Source: Chloroflexota bacterium (GTDB lineage: Bacteria; Chloroflexota; Anaerolineae; Anaerolineales; E44-bin32). From it: DNA of 64,000 nt. The notes under the pieces are model-generated. The model was not told where the DNA came from, did not search any database, and worked only from the letters and a program-made list of their open reading frames with translations. Position numbers and translations under genes: made by a program. The stretch lies in assembly GCA_024277995.1 (NCBI GenBank), contig JAJRUD010000139.1:2194-66193 (forward strand). The letters are read 5' to 3'. Shown here one piece after another: positions 29,188-37,650 of this stretch. Every line of letters starts with the position of its first letter. Position 1 is the stretch's first letter.

Positions 29188-29214
29188 GGGGAGCGCCCCG
29201 GAGGGGCGCTCCCC
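29188..29214 (-). terminator. intercistronic hairpin / terminator-like element between ccdA and tlpA
   Basis: A perfect 12-bp GC-rich stem (ggggagcgcccc / ggggcgctcccc) with a 3-nt loop lies 14 nt after the ccdA stop. On the minus strand it is followed by GGTTTGTAGCTGGTTTCTCTTC. Confidence 0.5.
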
Positions 29215-29227
29215 ACACCCTGCAGGG

Positions 29228-29953
29228 CTAGAGTCCCAGATCTATAAAGAAGCCGAAGCGGGCCAACTGCTGCATGGTGCCGGTCAGGAGCATCACTCCC
29301 ACGATGACGAGCACCACACCCGTCGCCACCGACAGCCCTTTCACGAGCCGCCCATGGCGACGCATCAACTCCGCCGCACGGCCGATGCCCAGGGCCGCCA
29401 GCAAGAAGGGCACCGCCAGACCGACCGAGTAGGCGCTGAGCAGCACCACACCGCGATTGATGTCCGCTGAGCTGAGCGCCAGGGTGAGAACGGCCCCCAG
29501 GACCGGGCCAACGCAGGGTGCCCACCCCGCCGAAAAGAAAACTCCCATGAGCGCCGACGAAAGGTAGCCGGCATCCGGCTTCGCCTGCGCCTGTCGCCGC
29601 GTATCGTAATCCAGGAATGGGATGTTGATGACGCCCATCGTGTGAAGCCCGAAGATGATCACCACCACTCCGCCAATGCGAGCGAGCCACGTCCGCAGAT
29701 CGTAGAGCACCGCGCCCAGTGCCGAAGCCGCTGCGCCCAGGATCACGAAAACCACACTGAACCCCAAGACGAAAGCGACCCCATGGCTGAAGGTCACCCA
29801 GCGGTTCTCCACCACGTGCCCGGAGGGGGTCACCGACCGGCCTCCCAGATAACCGACGTACGCCGGTACCAGTGCCAGCACACACGGCGAAAGGAAGGAG
29901 GCCAATCCGGCCAGAACGGCCAATCCAACGGTCACGTTGTTCGGATCCATCAT
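29228..29953 (-). CDS. ccdA: cytochrome c biogenesis protein CcdA (DsbD-family thiol-disulfide transporter)
   Basis: 241-aa ORF with 6 TM helices. LSPCVLALVP and WAPCVGPVLG carry the two conserved Cys. Confidence 0.9.
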   Translation of the reverse strand: MMDPNNVTVGLAVLAGLASFLSPCVLALVPAYVGYLGGRSVTPSGHVVENRWVTFSHGVAFVLGFSVVFVILGAAASALGAVLYDLRTWLARIGGVVVIIFGLHTMGVINIPFLDYDTRRQAQAKPDAGYLSSALMGVFFSAGWAPCVGPVLGAVLTLALSSADINRGVVLLSAYSVGLAVPFLLAALGIGRAAELMRRHGRLVKGLSVATGVVLVIVGVMLLTGTMQQLARFGFFIDLGL

Positions 29954-30096
29954 TCCTCCCGGGAACTTCCCTTCCTACCAGCCTTCTGATTGCCGCGCGG
30001 CATATACCAGCTTGGTCTCCCACTAATGGACAGTGCCTCGGCAAATCGTCATCGAGAAGGATAACGGATGCTCAAGGCCGCGACAAGTGCAGCAGC

Positions 30097-30321
30097 TTAC
30101 GGTGGGAGAAAGTCGTTCATCTGAGGGGCGTAGCCGATTTCATTGAGCAGGGCGATGATCTTCTCTTCGCTGGCCGGAGCCCCGAATTCTATGGTGACCC
30201 GCTTGCCGGCCGCCTCAGCCTTCACGGCCACGACGCCCTCCAACGCTGCCAGCGCCTTCTCGATGCTCTGGACGCAGTGCCCACAGGAGATATTGGGCAC
30301 GCCGTAGGTCACGATCTTCAT
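30097..30321 (-). CDS. heavy-metal-associated (HMA) domain protein, CopZ-like (CGHC variant)
   Basis: Last 74 aa of ORF 30097..30663: MKIVTYGVPNISCGHCVQSIEKALAALEGVVAVKAEAAGKRVTIEF. GGGAGG RBS 7 nt upstream of ATG 30321. The longer ORF N-terminus is non-protein-like. Confidence 0.8.
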   Translation of the reverse strand: MKIVTYGVPNISCGHCVQSIEKALAALEGVVAVKAEAAGKRVTIEFGAPASEEKIIALLNEIGYAPQMNDFLPP

Positions 30322-30742
30322 CGCAGCCTCCCGGTGGCATGGCTCCCAATCCTTAGATGCTGCCGCCGTCCTGAAGTTACCCCATCCGCCGATAGCCCCT
30401 ACATGCCTGCATGCCGATGCTCTCCATACCCCCTCCCCGAGGGGGCTCAGGCCATCGGCAGGATAAAGCGCCGCGCTGATGCTGTCAAGGTCCGGCTCCA
30501 CTGCATCAAAGGCCTTCCGGCTCGAATCCACCGCATTGCCGCCTTTCATGGAGCTGACAGACCTTTTCTTGCTGAATTCTCCGATATTTGCGATACTGGC
30601 ATAACATCCTTGCAATCCTCGGGGGGCTTCGCTCTTATCGCGCCAGGCCCTCCTGCGCTCCACAACCGCGCAGCATAGGCCGATGGCGGCCTGTCACATC
30701 ACGCGCTGGAAGTTCGTTACAGGATCAGCACGGCCTCGAAGG

Positions 30743-30800
30743 TGATCCCATCGTCAGGCCGCTTCTCGCATCCATCGCGCGGATGCTGGTCATGGGATCA
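30743..30800 (+). other. nested stem-loop in the 5' region of the 30832 gene (possible cis-regulatory RNA structure)
   Basis: The outer 9-bp stem tgatcccat (30743-30751) pairs with atgggatca (30792-30800). It encloses the 6-bp hairpin gcatcc-atcgcgc-ggatgc (30768-30786). The structure ends 31 nt before the ATG. Confidence 0.25.
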
Positions 30801-30831
30801 TCGCGATCAAGCCGACCGGCCCAGGCCATGA

Positions 30832-31746
30832 ATGGCCCGATGGAGTATCGCCGTGAGACCTCCCTTCGCTCGCCTGATGTTAGGCGTTTTCGGCCTCCTG
30901 CTCGTCGCCTGGAACAAGGACGCTCCTCCACCCCTACGTCCGACTCCCCCACCCATCCAGACCTGGTGGGACGCACCGCTCGATGGCTCACAGCTCCCGC
31001 TCGGGCCGGTGGATCTGACCTTCCACGGCGCCAGCCCGGCCGGTATCCAATCCTTCGACCTGCGCATCAACAGCACGACCTTCAAGACGGTCCCCCCCTC
31101 CGGCACCGGTTCGGGCGGATCGCAATACGGCACGCTCTTCTGGGGCGAAACCAGTTGGGAGCCCACCGCGCCAGGCTCCTACCTGCTCGAGGTGCGCTCA
31201 AAGGAGAGCGGCGGCCAGTTCGGACCCTTCGTTCAGGTGCAGGTGGTCATCGGCGAGGGCCTGCATGCTCAGATGAGCACGCCGCCTTCCCTGCAGCCCT
31301 CTCCTACCAGCACGCTGCCATCAGTCGAACTGACCCCCATCCCCTCCGCGACCGCCACTCCCGAAGCGCCGCAGGCGGGATTCTCCCCTCCATCCTTCTC
31401 CGCTGACACGATCTACTATCGCCTCGCCAGCTGCGGGCCGAAGGAGATCACGATCGAGATCACAGCCAACGACCCCCGGTCCTACAGCGTGGTGCTCTTC
31501 TACCGCCTGAAGGCGAAGGACGGCAGCGACCAGACGGCATGGTCCTCCGTGGCGATGAACCCGCAGGGCGGGGCTGCCTTCAGCCGGGCGCTGAACTCCG
31601 AAGCCGATTTTCCCGGCTTCGCCGCCTTCCCGGACGCTCTGCTTCAGGTGCAGTTCGTGGCCACCGACACACATGGCAACGAGGTGGCCCGCACGCCGGT
31701 TTTCTCCGAGGTGGAGTTCAAGGTCTGTTCTGCAGCTTCAGGATGA
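30832..31746 (+). CDS. secreted/membrane-anchored protein with Ig-like beta-rich domains, function unknown
   Basis: 304-aa ORF. Signal/anchor LMLGVFGLLLVAW, a Pro-rich linker, then two beta-rich regions separated by the PSLQPSPTSTLPSVELTPIPSATATPEAP linker. No obvious SD; the start could also be the internal ATG (MLGVF). Confidence 0.6.
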   Translation: MARWSIAVRPPFARLMLGVFGLLLVAWNKDAPPPLRPTPPPIQTWWDAPLDGSQLPLGPVDLTFHGASPAGIQSFDLRINSTTFKTVPPSGTGSGGSQYGTLFWGETSWEPTAPGSYLLEVRSKESGGQFGPFVQVQVVIGEGLHAQMSTPPSLQPSPTSTLPSVELTPIPSATATPEAPQAGFSPPSFSADTIYYRLASCGPKEITIEITANDPRSYSVVLFYRLKAKDGSDQTAWSSVAMNPQGGAAFSRALNSEADFPGFAAFPDALLQVQFVATDTHGNEVARTPVFSEVEFKVCSAASG

Positions 31747-32000
31747 GGCTTTGAGGGACGATCGAATAGAGGTTCACTGACAAGAGAAGATCCCTATCGA
31801 TCTCGGGCTGCGCAGAGAGAACCGCGAGGCCGGGATCGCCGCGTGATGACATCCTGTTGGGTGGATATAACCCCGAATGCCCTGTTTCTCTTGCCGCCCC
31901 CAGCAATCCAATTGGCACCTCCCCGCCGCGGCGCCCGGCAGGTACGCGCATCAAGCCCATGCGTCAGTGCCTTGGCTCTCTCTACATGCCTGGGGATGGA

Positions 32001-33380
32001 TCAGCTATCCGCGCGCAGCTCGCCGGCCAGCCGCTGCAGGTCGTCGACCTCCAGGCGCGGGACGGTCTCCCCCTCGTCGAGAGGCCCCATCGCCCGCCGC
32101 AGCCACTCCTGCCAGCGCCACAGGGCGACCAGGTCGGCTGGATAGCGGTTCGCTCGCGCGCCGACGTTCACCCAGGGGAGCCCCTCCAGCGCGGCCTGCC
32201 AACGCTCCCAGGGCACCATGTCCGGCGGTCTGGAAAAAGTGACCAGCGGGCAGAAGAACACCGGGCGGCCATCCGGGAAATGCGGGCGCATCGCCTGCAG
32301 AAAGGCCAGGCTGTCCAGCGTGTTGAAGACCAGCCACAGGGGCAGCAGCCGTCCTCGCTCCACCAGATAGGGATCGTACTGGCTGAAAGTCTCCACCAGG
32401 ACGCCGCGCGGCGCCCTTCCGGCTCGCTCCCAGAGCCTCTGGTAGGCCCGAAAGGCCAGACGCGAGAAATCGTGCGGCTCGGGAAAACTCAGCCGCACGA
32501 AGCGAAAGCCAGTCTCTCTAGTAAAGCCCTCCAGGGCGTCGGCGAAGGCCGGCTCGCTCCCCCACTCCGACTCGGGGAAGATCTGCGGCCGTATCCCCTT
32601 AACATGCCATCCGCCGCGATGAGGCGACTTGCGGGCCGCCAGCGCGGCGTCGATGCGTTCGCTGCCGCGCAGAAACTCTTCGGCAGGGATGCCTCCCCAC
32701 CCGCCGATCTGATAGCGATGTAGGGGATTCAAGGCGTACTGCAGCCAGCGCGCGCCGCAATCCAGGTAGAGGATGGTCCCGCCGGGAGCCAGGCGCTGGA
32801 GCAAGAAGGACCGATAGAAGCGCGGCAGCTCCAGCAGTTTGAGGCGAAGATGGTTGATGTGCGGGGTCAGCCAGCCGTCGTGCAGCGGGTCGAAGTGGCT
32901 GATGGCTAGCACCCCCGGGTTGCGCTCCAGGATCGGGGTCGCCAACCGCTGCGCGTTGACCAGGTGGCTTTCGAGGCTGTCATACGGCGAGCCGCCCCTG
33001 AAGGACAGCACGAAAGCCTGGGGCAAGAAGGGCGCTCCCAGGGCCACCGACAGGTGCGCCGCGGCGCCGCCCAGGGCTGCCCCGACGACCACGGCGGAGA
33101 ACGGGCCGGGCAGCGCGCGGTAATCTGCGAGCCGCTCATGGATCAGGTCCGCCAGGCGCAATCCATCGGCGAGCGAGGGCGGAAGGCCGGCACGCGTCGT
33201 GTCCCAGGCGATGGCACGTGCCGCGAGCCCCGGCGGCATGCCGCTCATCAGGGTCAGCAGGGCCTTTTGCCACCATGTGAGGCGGTAGGTTTCGAAGGGC
33301 CGCCCGGCCAGGGCGGCGGCCACGGCGCGCGTCAGGAGCGGTGATGCGCTGTCGCGGCTCTCAAGGCGCCCGCGCTTCAT
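32001..33380 (-). CDS. hypothetical protein (459 aa), no family recognised
   Basis: The longest ORF in this interval, with protein-like composition (Trp/Phe/Tyr-rich, balanced charge), unlike the Arg/Gly/Pro-rich overlapping frames. No motif that I can assign. Confidence 0.6.
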   Translation of the reverse strand: MKRGRLESRDSASPLLTRAVAAALAGRPFETYRLTWWQKALLTLMSGMPPGLAARAIAWDTTRAGLPPSLADGLRLADLIHERLADYRALPGPFSAVVVGAALGGAAAHLSVALGAPFLPQAFVLSFRGGSPYDSLESHLVNAQRLATPILERNPGVLAISHFDPLHDGWLTPHINHLRLKLLELPRFYRSFLLQRLAPGGTILYLDCGARWLQYALNPLHRYQIGGWGGIPAEEFLRGSERIDAALAARKSPHRGGWHVKGIRPQIFPESEWGSEPAFADALEGFTRETGFRFVRLSFPEPHDFSRLAFRAYQRLWERAGRAPRGVLVETFSQYDPYLVERGRLLPLWLVFNTLDSLAFLQAMRPHFPDGRPVFFCPLVTFSRPPDMVPWERWQAALEGLPWVNVGARANRYPADLVALWRWQEWLRRAMGPLDEGETVPRLEVDDLQRLAGELRADS

Positions 33381-33519
33381 CCAGGAGCTCTCCCGGCGAT
33401 TGCCATGAAGTGTGCGTATGCCACACCGGCCTCTGAGCCTGATAGGCGTGTATCACATCCCCGGCCATCCTTCGACAGGCTCAGGATGGCGGCGTATGGC
33501 CGGCGGCTGCAAAGGCTCC

Positions 33520-34821
33520 CTAGTCGGAGATGGCCTGCGCCAGGCGCTCATGCTCGGCACGCTGACGCATCTGCTCTCGCAGGGTCTGAATGTCGCGCGG
33601 TACCAGATAAGCCGCGAAGCCCAATATCACCGACCCCAGCAGCCACGCCACGACGCAGATGACCAGGATCGCCACGTGCAGCGAAGAGCGCACGGCGATG
33701 ATGCCCGCCAGCAGTGGTGCCAGCGCCGCGCCGCCGTTCTCGATGAAGTACTGGATCGACAGCGCCGTGCTGCGCACCTCTGGCAGCGTGATGTCGTAAA
33801 CCGTCGAGACCACGTTGGGAGAAGCGAAGGGAATGAAGAGCGCCGTCGCGCTCAACAGCACCAGGAAAAGCGTCTGATTGCCCTTGGGCACCGCCATGGT
33901 GGCGCTGAGCAATACCGCCCCCAGCAGCACAGCCGCCATGGATACCAGCAGCCTGCCGCGCGGCGTGCGCTTGAAAAAGAAATCCCCCGCCAGCCCGCCG
34001 ATGAAATAGCCGGAGGCCAGCACCATCACCGCCACGCCCATGGTCAGCAGCACGGAGCCCTCGTCGTAGCCCCGTTCGGTCTCGAGGTAGCGGAAGAACC
34101 AGTACGTGATCACATTCCAGGGAAAGACCCCCACGAAGCCCTGGGCGAAGAGCAGCAGGAGTGAGCGCTTGCGAAAGAGTCCCATCGCCACCTTGCGGTC
34201 GAAGCGATAGACGCCGATCTGTTCCAGGTCCGCCAGCTCCGGTTCGCTGCGCCCGCGCGGCGCCTCGCGCACGCCGAAGAAGATCACCACCGCTAGCACC
34301 AGGCCCAGCGATCCGGTGACGTAGAACACACCCCGCCACCCCAGGACTCCGCTCAGCACGGTGGCTGCGATCAGGCCCAACATGTATCCCAGCGGCTGTG
34401 TGAGCTGCAGCAGGCCGTAGATCTTGCCCCGCACGCCCGGCTCGAAGTAATCGGCGATCAGGCTGTACAGGCCAGGGTAGCTGGAATCGTCGACGCCCGT
34501 CGAGGCGCGCGTCCCCAGGAAGGCAGGATACGTGGGGGCGATCGCCGAGAGCCAGGTCGTCGACCCCCATATGAAGGAGGCCAGCGCCAGCAGCTTGGCG
34601 CGCGCGTATCGATCGTAGAGATATCCCCACAGGGGATACATGACCGCCCCAACCAACAGCGCGCCCGTGAAGACCGCACCCATCTGGACCTCATTGATGC
34701 CGAAGGTCTCCATAATGGATGTGGTCAGGGGGCCTATGAGCAACTTGTCGGCCTGGTGGAGCAGCATGAAAGCGAAGAAGACTCCCACGACGAACCAGCG
34801 GTATCTCGGGCCAGTTCTCAC
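33520..34821 (-). CDS. MFS transporter
   Basis: About 12 TM helices, with the MFS loop motif GYLYDRYARAKLL between TM2 and TM3. I set the start at GTG 34821 (AGGAGG 5 nt upstream) rather than 34914, which would overlap mogA by 77 nt. Confidence 0.85.
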   Translation of the reverse strand: MRTGPRYRWFVVGVFFAFMLLHQADKLLIGPLTTSIMETFGINEVQMGAVFTGALLVGAVMYPLWGYLYDRYARAKLLALASFIWGSTTWLSAIAPTYPAFLGTRASTGVDDSSYPGLYSLIADYFEPGVRGKIYGLLQLTQPLGYMLGLIAATVLSGVLGWRGVFYVTGSLGLVLAVVIFFGVREAPRGRSEPELADLEQIGVYRFDRKVAMGLFRKRSLLLLFAQGFVGVFPWNVITYWFFRYLETERGYDEGSVLLTMGVAVMVLASGYFIGGLAGDFFFKRTPRGRLLVSMAAVLLGAVLLSATMAVPKGNQTLFLVLLSATALFIPFASPNVVSTVYDITLPEVRSTALSIQYFIENGGAALAPLLAGIIAVRSSLHVAILVICVVAWLLGSVILGFAAYLVPRDIQTLREQMRQRAEHERLAQAISD

Positions 34822-34837
34822 AGGTCCCTCCTGTTCT

Positions 34838-35353
34838 TCACGCGTGCGAATGAGGTGGCTGCCAGCGGTGGCCGGCTTCTGAATCGGGGGCTTCCTTGAG
34901 CAATGCGACGGCATGGGGCAGCGCCGGGAGGATCACCTCGAGGTTCTCCGTCGCGGCGCGTGGGCTTCCGGGCAGGTTCACGATCAGGGTGCGGCCGCGG
35001 ATACCGGCCACGGCCCGACTGAGCATGGCGTGCGGGGTCACGCGCAGGCTGGCGGAGCGCATGGCCTCGGCCAAGCCCGGCGCCAGGCGATCCACCACGG
35101 CCAGCGTGGCCTCCGGGGTGCGATCGCGCGCCGCGAACCCCGTGCCGCCGGTGGTCAGGATCAGGTCCATCTCCGCCGAATCGGCCCACGCCATGAGCGT
35201 CGCCTCGACTCGCTCCTGGTCGTCGGAGACCACCGCCCGGCGCACCACCTGCCAGCCCTGGGCGATGAGCATAGCCTCCAGCGCCGGCCCCGAGCGATCC
35301 TCGCGTTCCCCGCGCGCGCTGCGGTCGGAAACCGTCAGGATCCCCACTCTCAC
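34838..35353 (-). CDS. mogA: molybdenum cofactor biosynthesis protein MogA/MoaB (MPT adenylyltransferase family)
   Basis: 171-aa ORF. GILTVSDR, LILTTGGTGFAARDRTPEA, NLPGSP. Confidence 0.9.
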   Translation of the reverse strand: MRVGILTVSDRSARGEREDRSGPALEAMLIAQGWQVVRRAVVSDDQERVEATLMAWADSAEMDLILTTGGTGFAARDRTPEATLAVVDRLAPGLAEAMRSASLRVTPHAMLSRAVAGIRGRTLIVNLPGSPRAATENLEVILPALPHAVALLKEAPDSEAGHRWQPPHSHA

Positions 35354-35775
35354 CGCAGCCGCTTCCCCAACACGTACAGGTCCATCATTTCGACACCCAT
35401 ATGTTCATAGAACTGAATGGCCTGCTGGTTGTCCCTGGTGACCAGCAGGTAGTACTTGTAGCAGCCCTTGCTCAGCAGGCAGCGCTCCAGTTCCTCCATC
35501 AGGCGGCGGGCGATGCCCTGCCCCCGGCGCGCCGGCGTCACAGCCAGGTGATAGACCATGCCGCGCCGGCCGTCATAGCCCCCCATCACCGCTCCGATGA
35601 CGGTCCCATCACTTTCGGCCACCAGAAAGAGATCGGGGTCACGCTCCAGCTTGCGCCGGATCTCCTCCGGGCGATCCGAGAAGGAGAGCTGGATGCCCGG
35701 GCCGGCGTTCGACCAGAGGTCGAGCACACCCTGCAGGTCGCGGTCGAAGTCGAAGGTCCTTATGGTGATGCTCAG
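35350..35775 (-). CDS. GNAT family N-acetyltransferase (probable non-canonical CTG start)
   Basis: Acetyl-CoA motif LAVTPARRGQGIARRLM. The reading frame stays open upstream of the tracked GTG (35727) as LSITIRTFDFDRDLQG, which supplies the expected GNAT beta1-alpha1. GGAGG lies 6 nt before CTG 35775. 4-nt overlap with mogA. Confidence 0.75.
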   Translation of the reverse strand: MSITIRTFDFDRDLQGVLDLWSNAGPGIQLSFSDRPEEIRRKLERDPDLFLVAESDGTVIGAVMGGYDGRRGMVYHLAVTPARRGQGIARRLMEELERCLLSKGCYKYYLLVTRDNQQAIQFYEHMGVEMMDLYVLGKRLR

Positions 35776-35862
35776 CGTCGGCCTCCAAAGGACGGCGCGG
35801 CCGATGCAACAGCCGCGTCGCGTACTGTGTATGCCGCTGTGGCTGCCTCGCGCCAGACGGGC

Positions 35863-37620
35863 TCATTCCCCGTCGGCGCCGACCACCAGCTTCCAATCCC
35901 CGTGCACGCCGTCTTCGGTGACGCCGAAGTACAGCCGAATCCCCTCCGGGCTGCGCTGCGCCAGATCGAAGCGCTTGCGCTTGCCGTGGCGGCGGGCCTT
36001 GAGCAGGCCCAGGTCCCCATGCCAGGTGATCGGGGCGAGCTTCAAATCCGCGGGGAGGTTCTTGTATTCCGAGATGGCGTAGTGCCACAGACGCCGGGCC
36101 GAGGATTCGGTCACGTTCTTGACCACGTTGCCGTTGCGCAGATCGCGCATGGTGTAGTAGCGGACGCCGTCCCGCTCATCGACCCGAACGATTTCAACGC
36201 CCGTGCGCGGCGGCGGCGTGCCGGCTTCGGCCGTCTCGACAGGTTCAGGCGCAGCCTCCGCCACGGGGGGAGCTTCGGCCAGCGCGGCGGCGACGGCCTC
36301 TTTGCGCCCGCGCAGGACAAGCTGTACGATCTCGTCCCGCACCGCCAGACCCGTCTCGGCCTCGTCGCGAACGTAGATCTTGTTGTCGTCGACGGCGTAG
36401 GGAGGGTCCTCGCCCCTGGGGACGAGTACGCGTATGATGGTCTTCCCCTGCGTCTCCTGTGTGTCCACCTGGCACTGCAGGGGCGGGCTGATGCGGTTGC
36501 TGATCTCGCGCTGCAGGCGCTTGACCGCCTCCTTGGGGTTGGGAACTCCGGCGGGCGGCTTCTTGGGGTCGGCGCTCGCCCCGACGTACAGCGTCCCGCC
36601 ATTGGTGTTGGCGAAGGCGCACACATCGGCGATGATGGCGTACAGCCGTCCGCCGCGCACCGTCATGCTCTCGTGAAAATCCTGGACGATGCTGGGGCCT
36701 TCCTCGCGCGCCTGGCGGATGAAATCGTACTCCTGCTCTGGCGCCTGATCCTTCGTCGGCCGCTGCGGCCGCGTGCGGGCGAAGTCGTTGCTCAAGAAGA
36801 GCGCCTTGAGAGCCTCAAAGCTCACCTCAGGCAACAACACCTCCGTCGCCCGATCCCCCACACCCAGGTTCTTCTTGTTCTTCGGATCCGTCCGCAGTCG
36901 ATGGGCGTCCGATCCCTGGATGCAGTGCATGCGCCGCGGGTACTCGGGCTTGGTGCCATTGAAGAAAGCCGCCGTCGAGCGACGCCCCTTCTGGCCCAGG
37001 TCCGTGACCTCCAGGGCGTGCAGGTGAGGATCCTGGGTGTAGGCGATCTTCGTCTGCCCGCCGAAGGGGAAACCACGCATGGCCACCCCATTGGTCGAAT
37101 TGGCATGAGCCGCGATGGCGAGCCCTCCAGCCTCGTCGATCAGCCGGTAGGCCGTCAAGACGTCGCTCGTCGCCCCTACCGTCGAGGAGCCGTCGTCCAA
37201 CTGATCGGGCGGGATGTTCAGGCTCAGCAGCAGGTGCTCGATCTCGCGCACCGTCTTCTCCGGCGAGAATATGCCCAGGATGTGGAAACCGAAGGTGGCG
37301 GTGAATTCGAAACCGGGCAGCACCAGGATCTTCTTCAACAGGCGTCGGTATTCTTTGAGACGGCCTTTCTCCTCCTCCGTCAGGCGGCCAAGGCCCTCCA
37401 ACAGCTCGAGCTGCTGGATCTCCTCCTGCATGCGGCGGTAGCCGGCTACGGTATTGTGGTCGGCGATGGCGATGATCTCCAGGCCGCGGGCTTCTGCCCG
37501 ATGTAAGACGTCCAGGCATGAAACGTTCGCTTCCTGGTAATCACTGGATGCTGGCGTGTGGATATGAAGATCCATCAAGTGCCAGTGTCTCGATGCGTTG
37601 CGTCCTTTGCGTCTTGCCAC
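35863..37620 (-). CDS. PHP-domain phosphoesterase/nuclease fused to AlbA_2 (Schlafen-type) DNA-binding domain and an uncharacterised C-terminal domain
   Basis: 585-aa ORF. The N-terminus W.LMDLHIHTPASSDY...IAIADHN...GFEF...HANS...GSDAH is the PHP His/Asp set. The middle region LYAIIADVCAFANTNGGTLYVGA...GKTIIRVLVPRGEDPPY resembles AlbA_2. The last ~150 aa are unassigned. Confidence 0.75.
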   Translation of the reverse strand: MARRKGRNASRHWHLMDLHIHTPASSDYQEANVSCLDVLHRAEARGLEIIAIADHNTVAGYRRMQEEIQQLELLEGLGRLTEEEKGRLKEYRRLLKKILVLPGFEFTATFGFHILGIFSPEKTVREIEHLLLSLNIPPDQLDDGSSTVGATSDVLTAYRLIDEAGGLAIAAHANSTNGVAMRGFPFGGQTKIAYTQDPHLHALEVTDLGQKGRRSTAAFFNGTKPEYPRRMHCIQGSDAHRLRTDPKNKKNLGVGDRATEVLLPEVSFEALKALFLSNDFARTRPQRPTKDQAPEQEYDFIRQAREEGPSIVQDFHESMTVRGGRLYAIIADVCAFANTNGGTLYVGASADPKKPPAGVPNPKEAVKRLQREISNRISPPLQCQVDTQETQGKTIIRVLVPRGEDPPYAVDDNKIYVRDEAETGLAVRDEIVQLVLRGRKEAVAAALAEAPPVAEAAPEPVETAEAGTPPPRTGVEIVRVDERDGVRYYTMRDLRNGNVVKNVTESSARRLWHYAISEYKNLPADLKLAPITWHGDLGLLKARRHGKRKRFDLAQRSPEGIRLYFGVTEDGVHGDWKLVVGADGE

Positions 37621-37650
37621 GAAGTCCTTGCTCCCTTGGGAAAGCGACCT

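Noticed and set aside
30517-30530. CCGGCTCGAATCCA, resembling a tRNA T-arm (GGTTCGAATCC).
   Set aside because: The flanks cannot form the 5-bp T-stem or an acceptor stem, and no D-arm or anticodon arm can be drawn.
30322-30663. N-terminal 114 codons of the 188-aa ORF 30097..30663 as part of the HMA protein.
   Set aside because: Only the last 74 aa form the ferredoxin-like HMA fold. A GGGAGG RBS precedes the internal ATG at 30321. The upstream part is compositionally non-protein-like.
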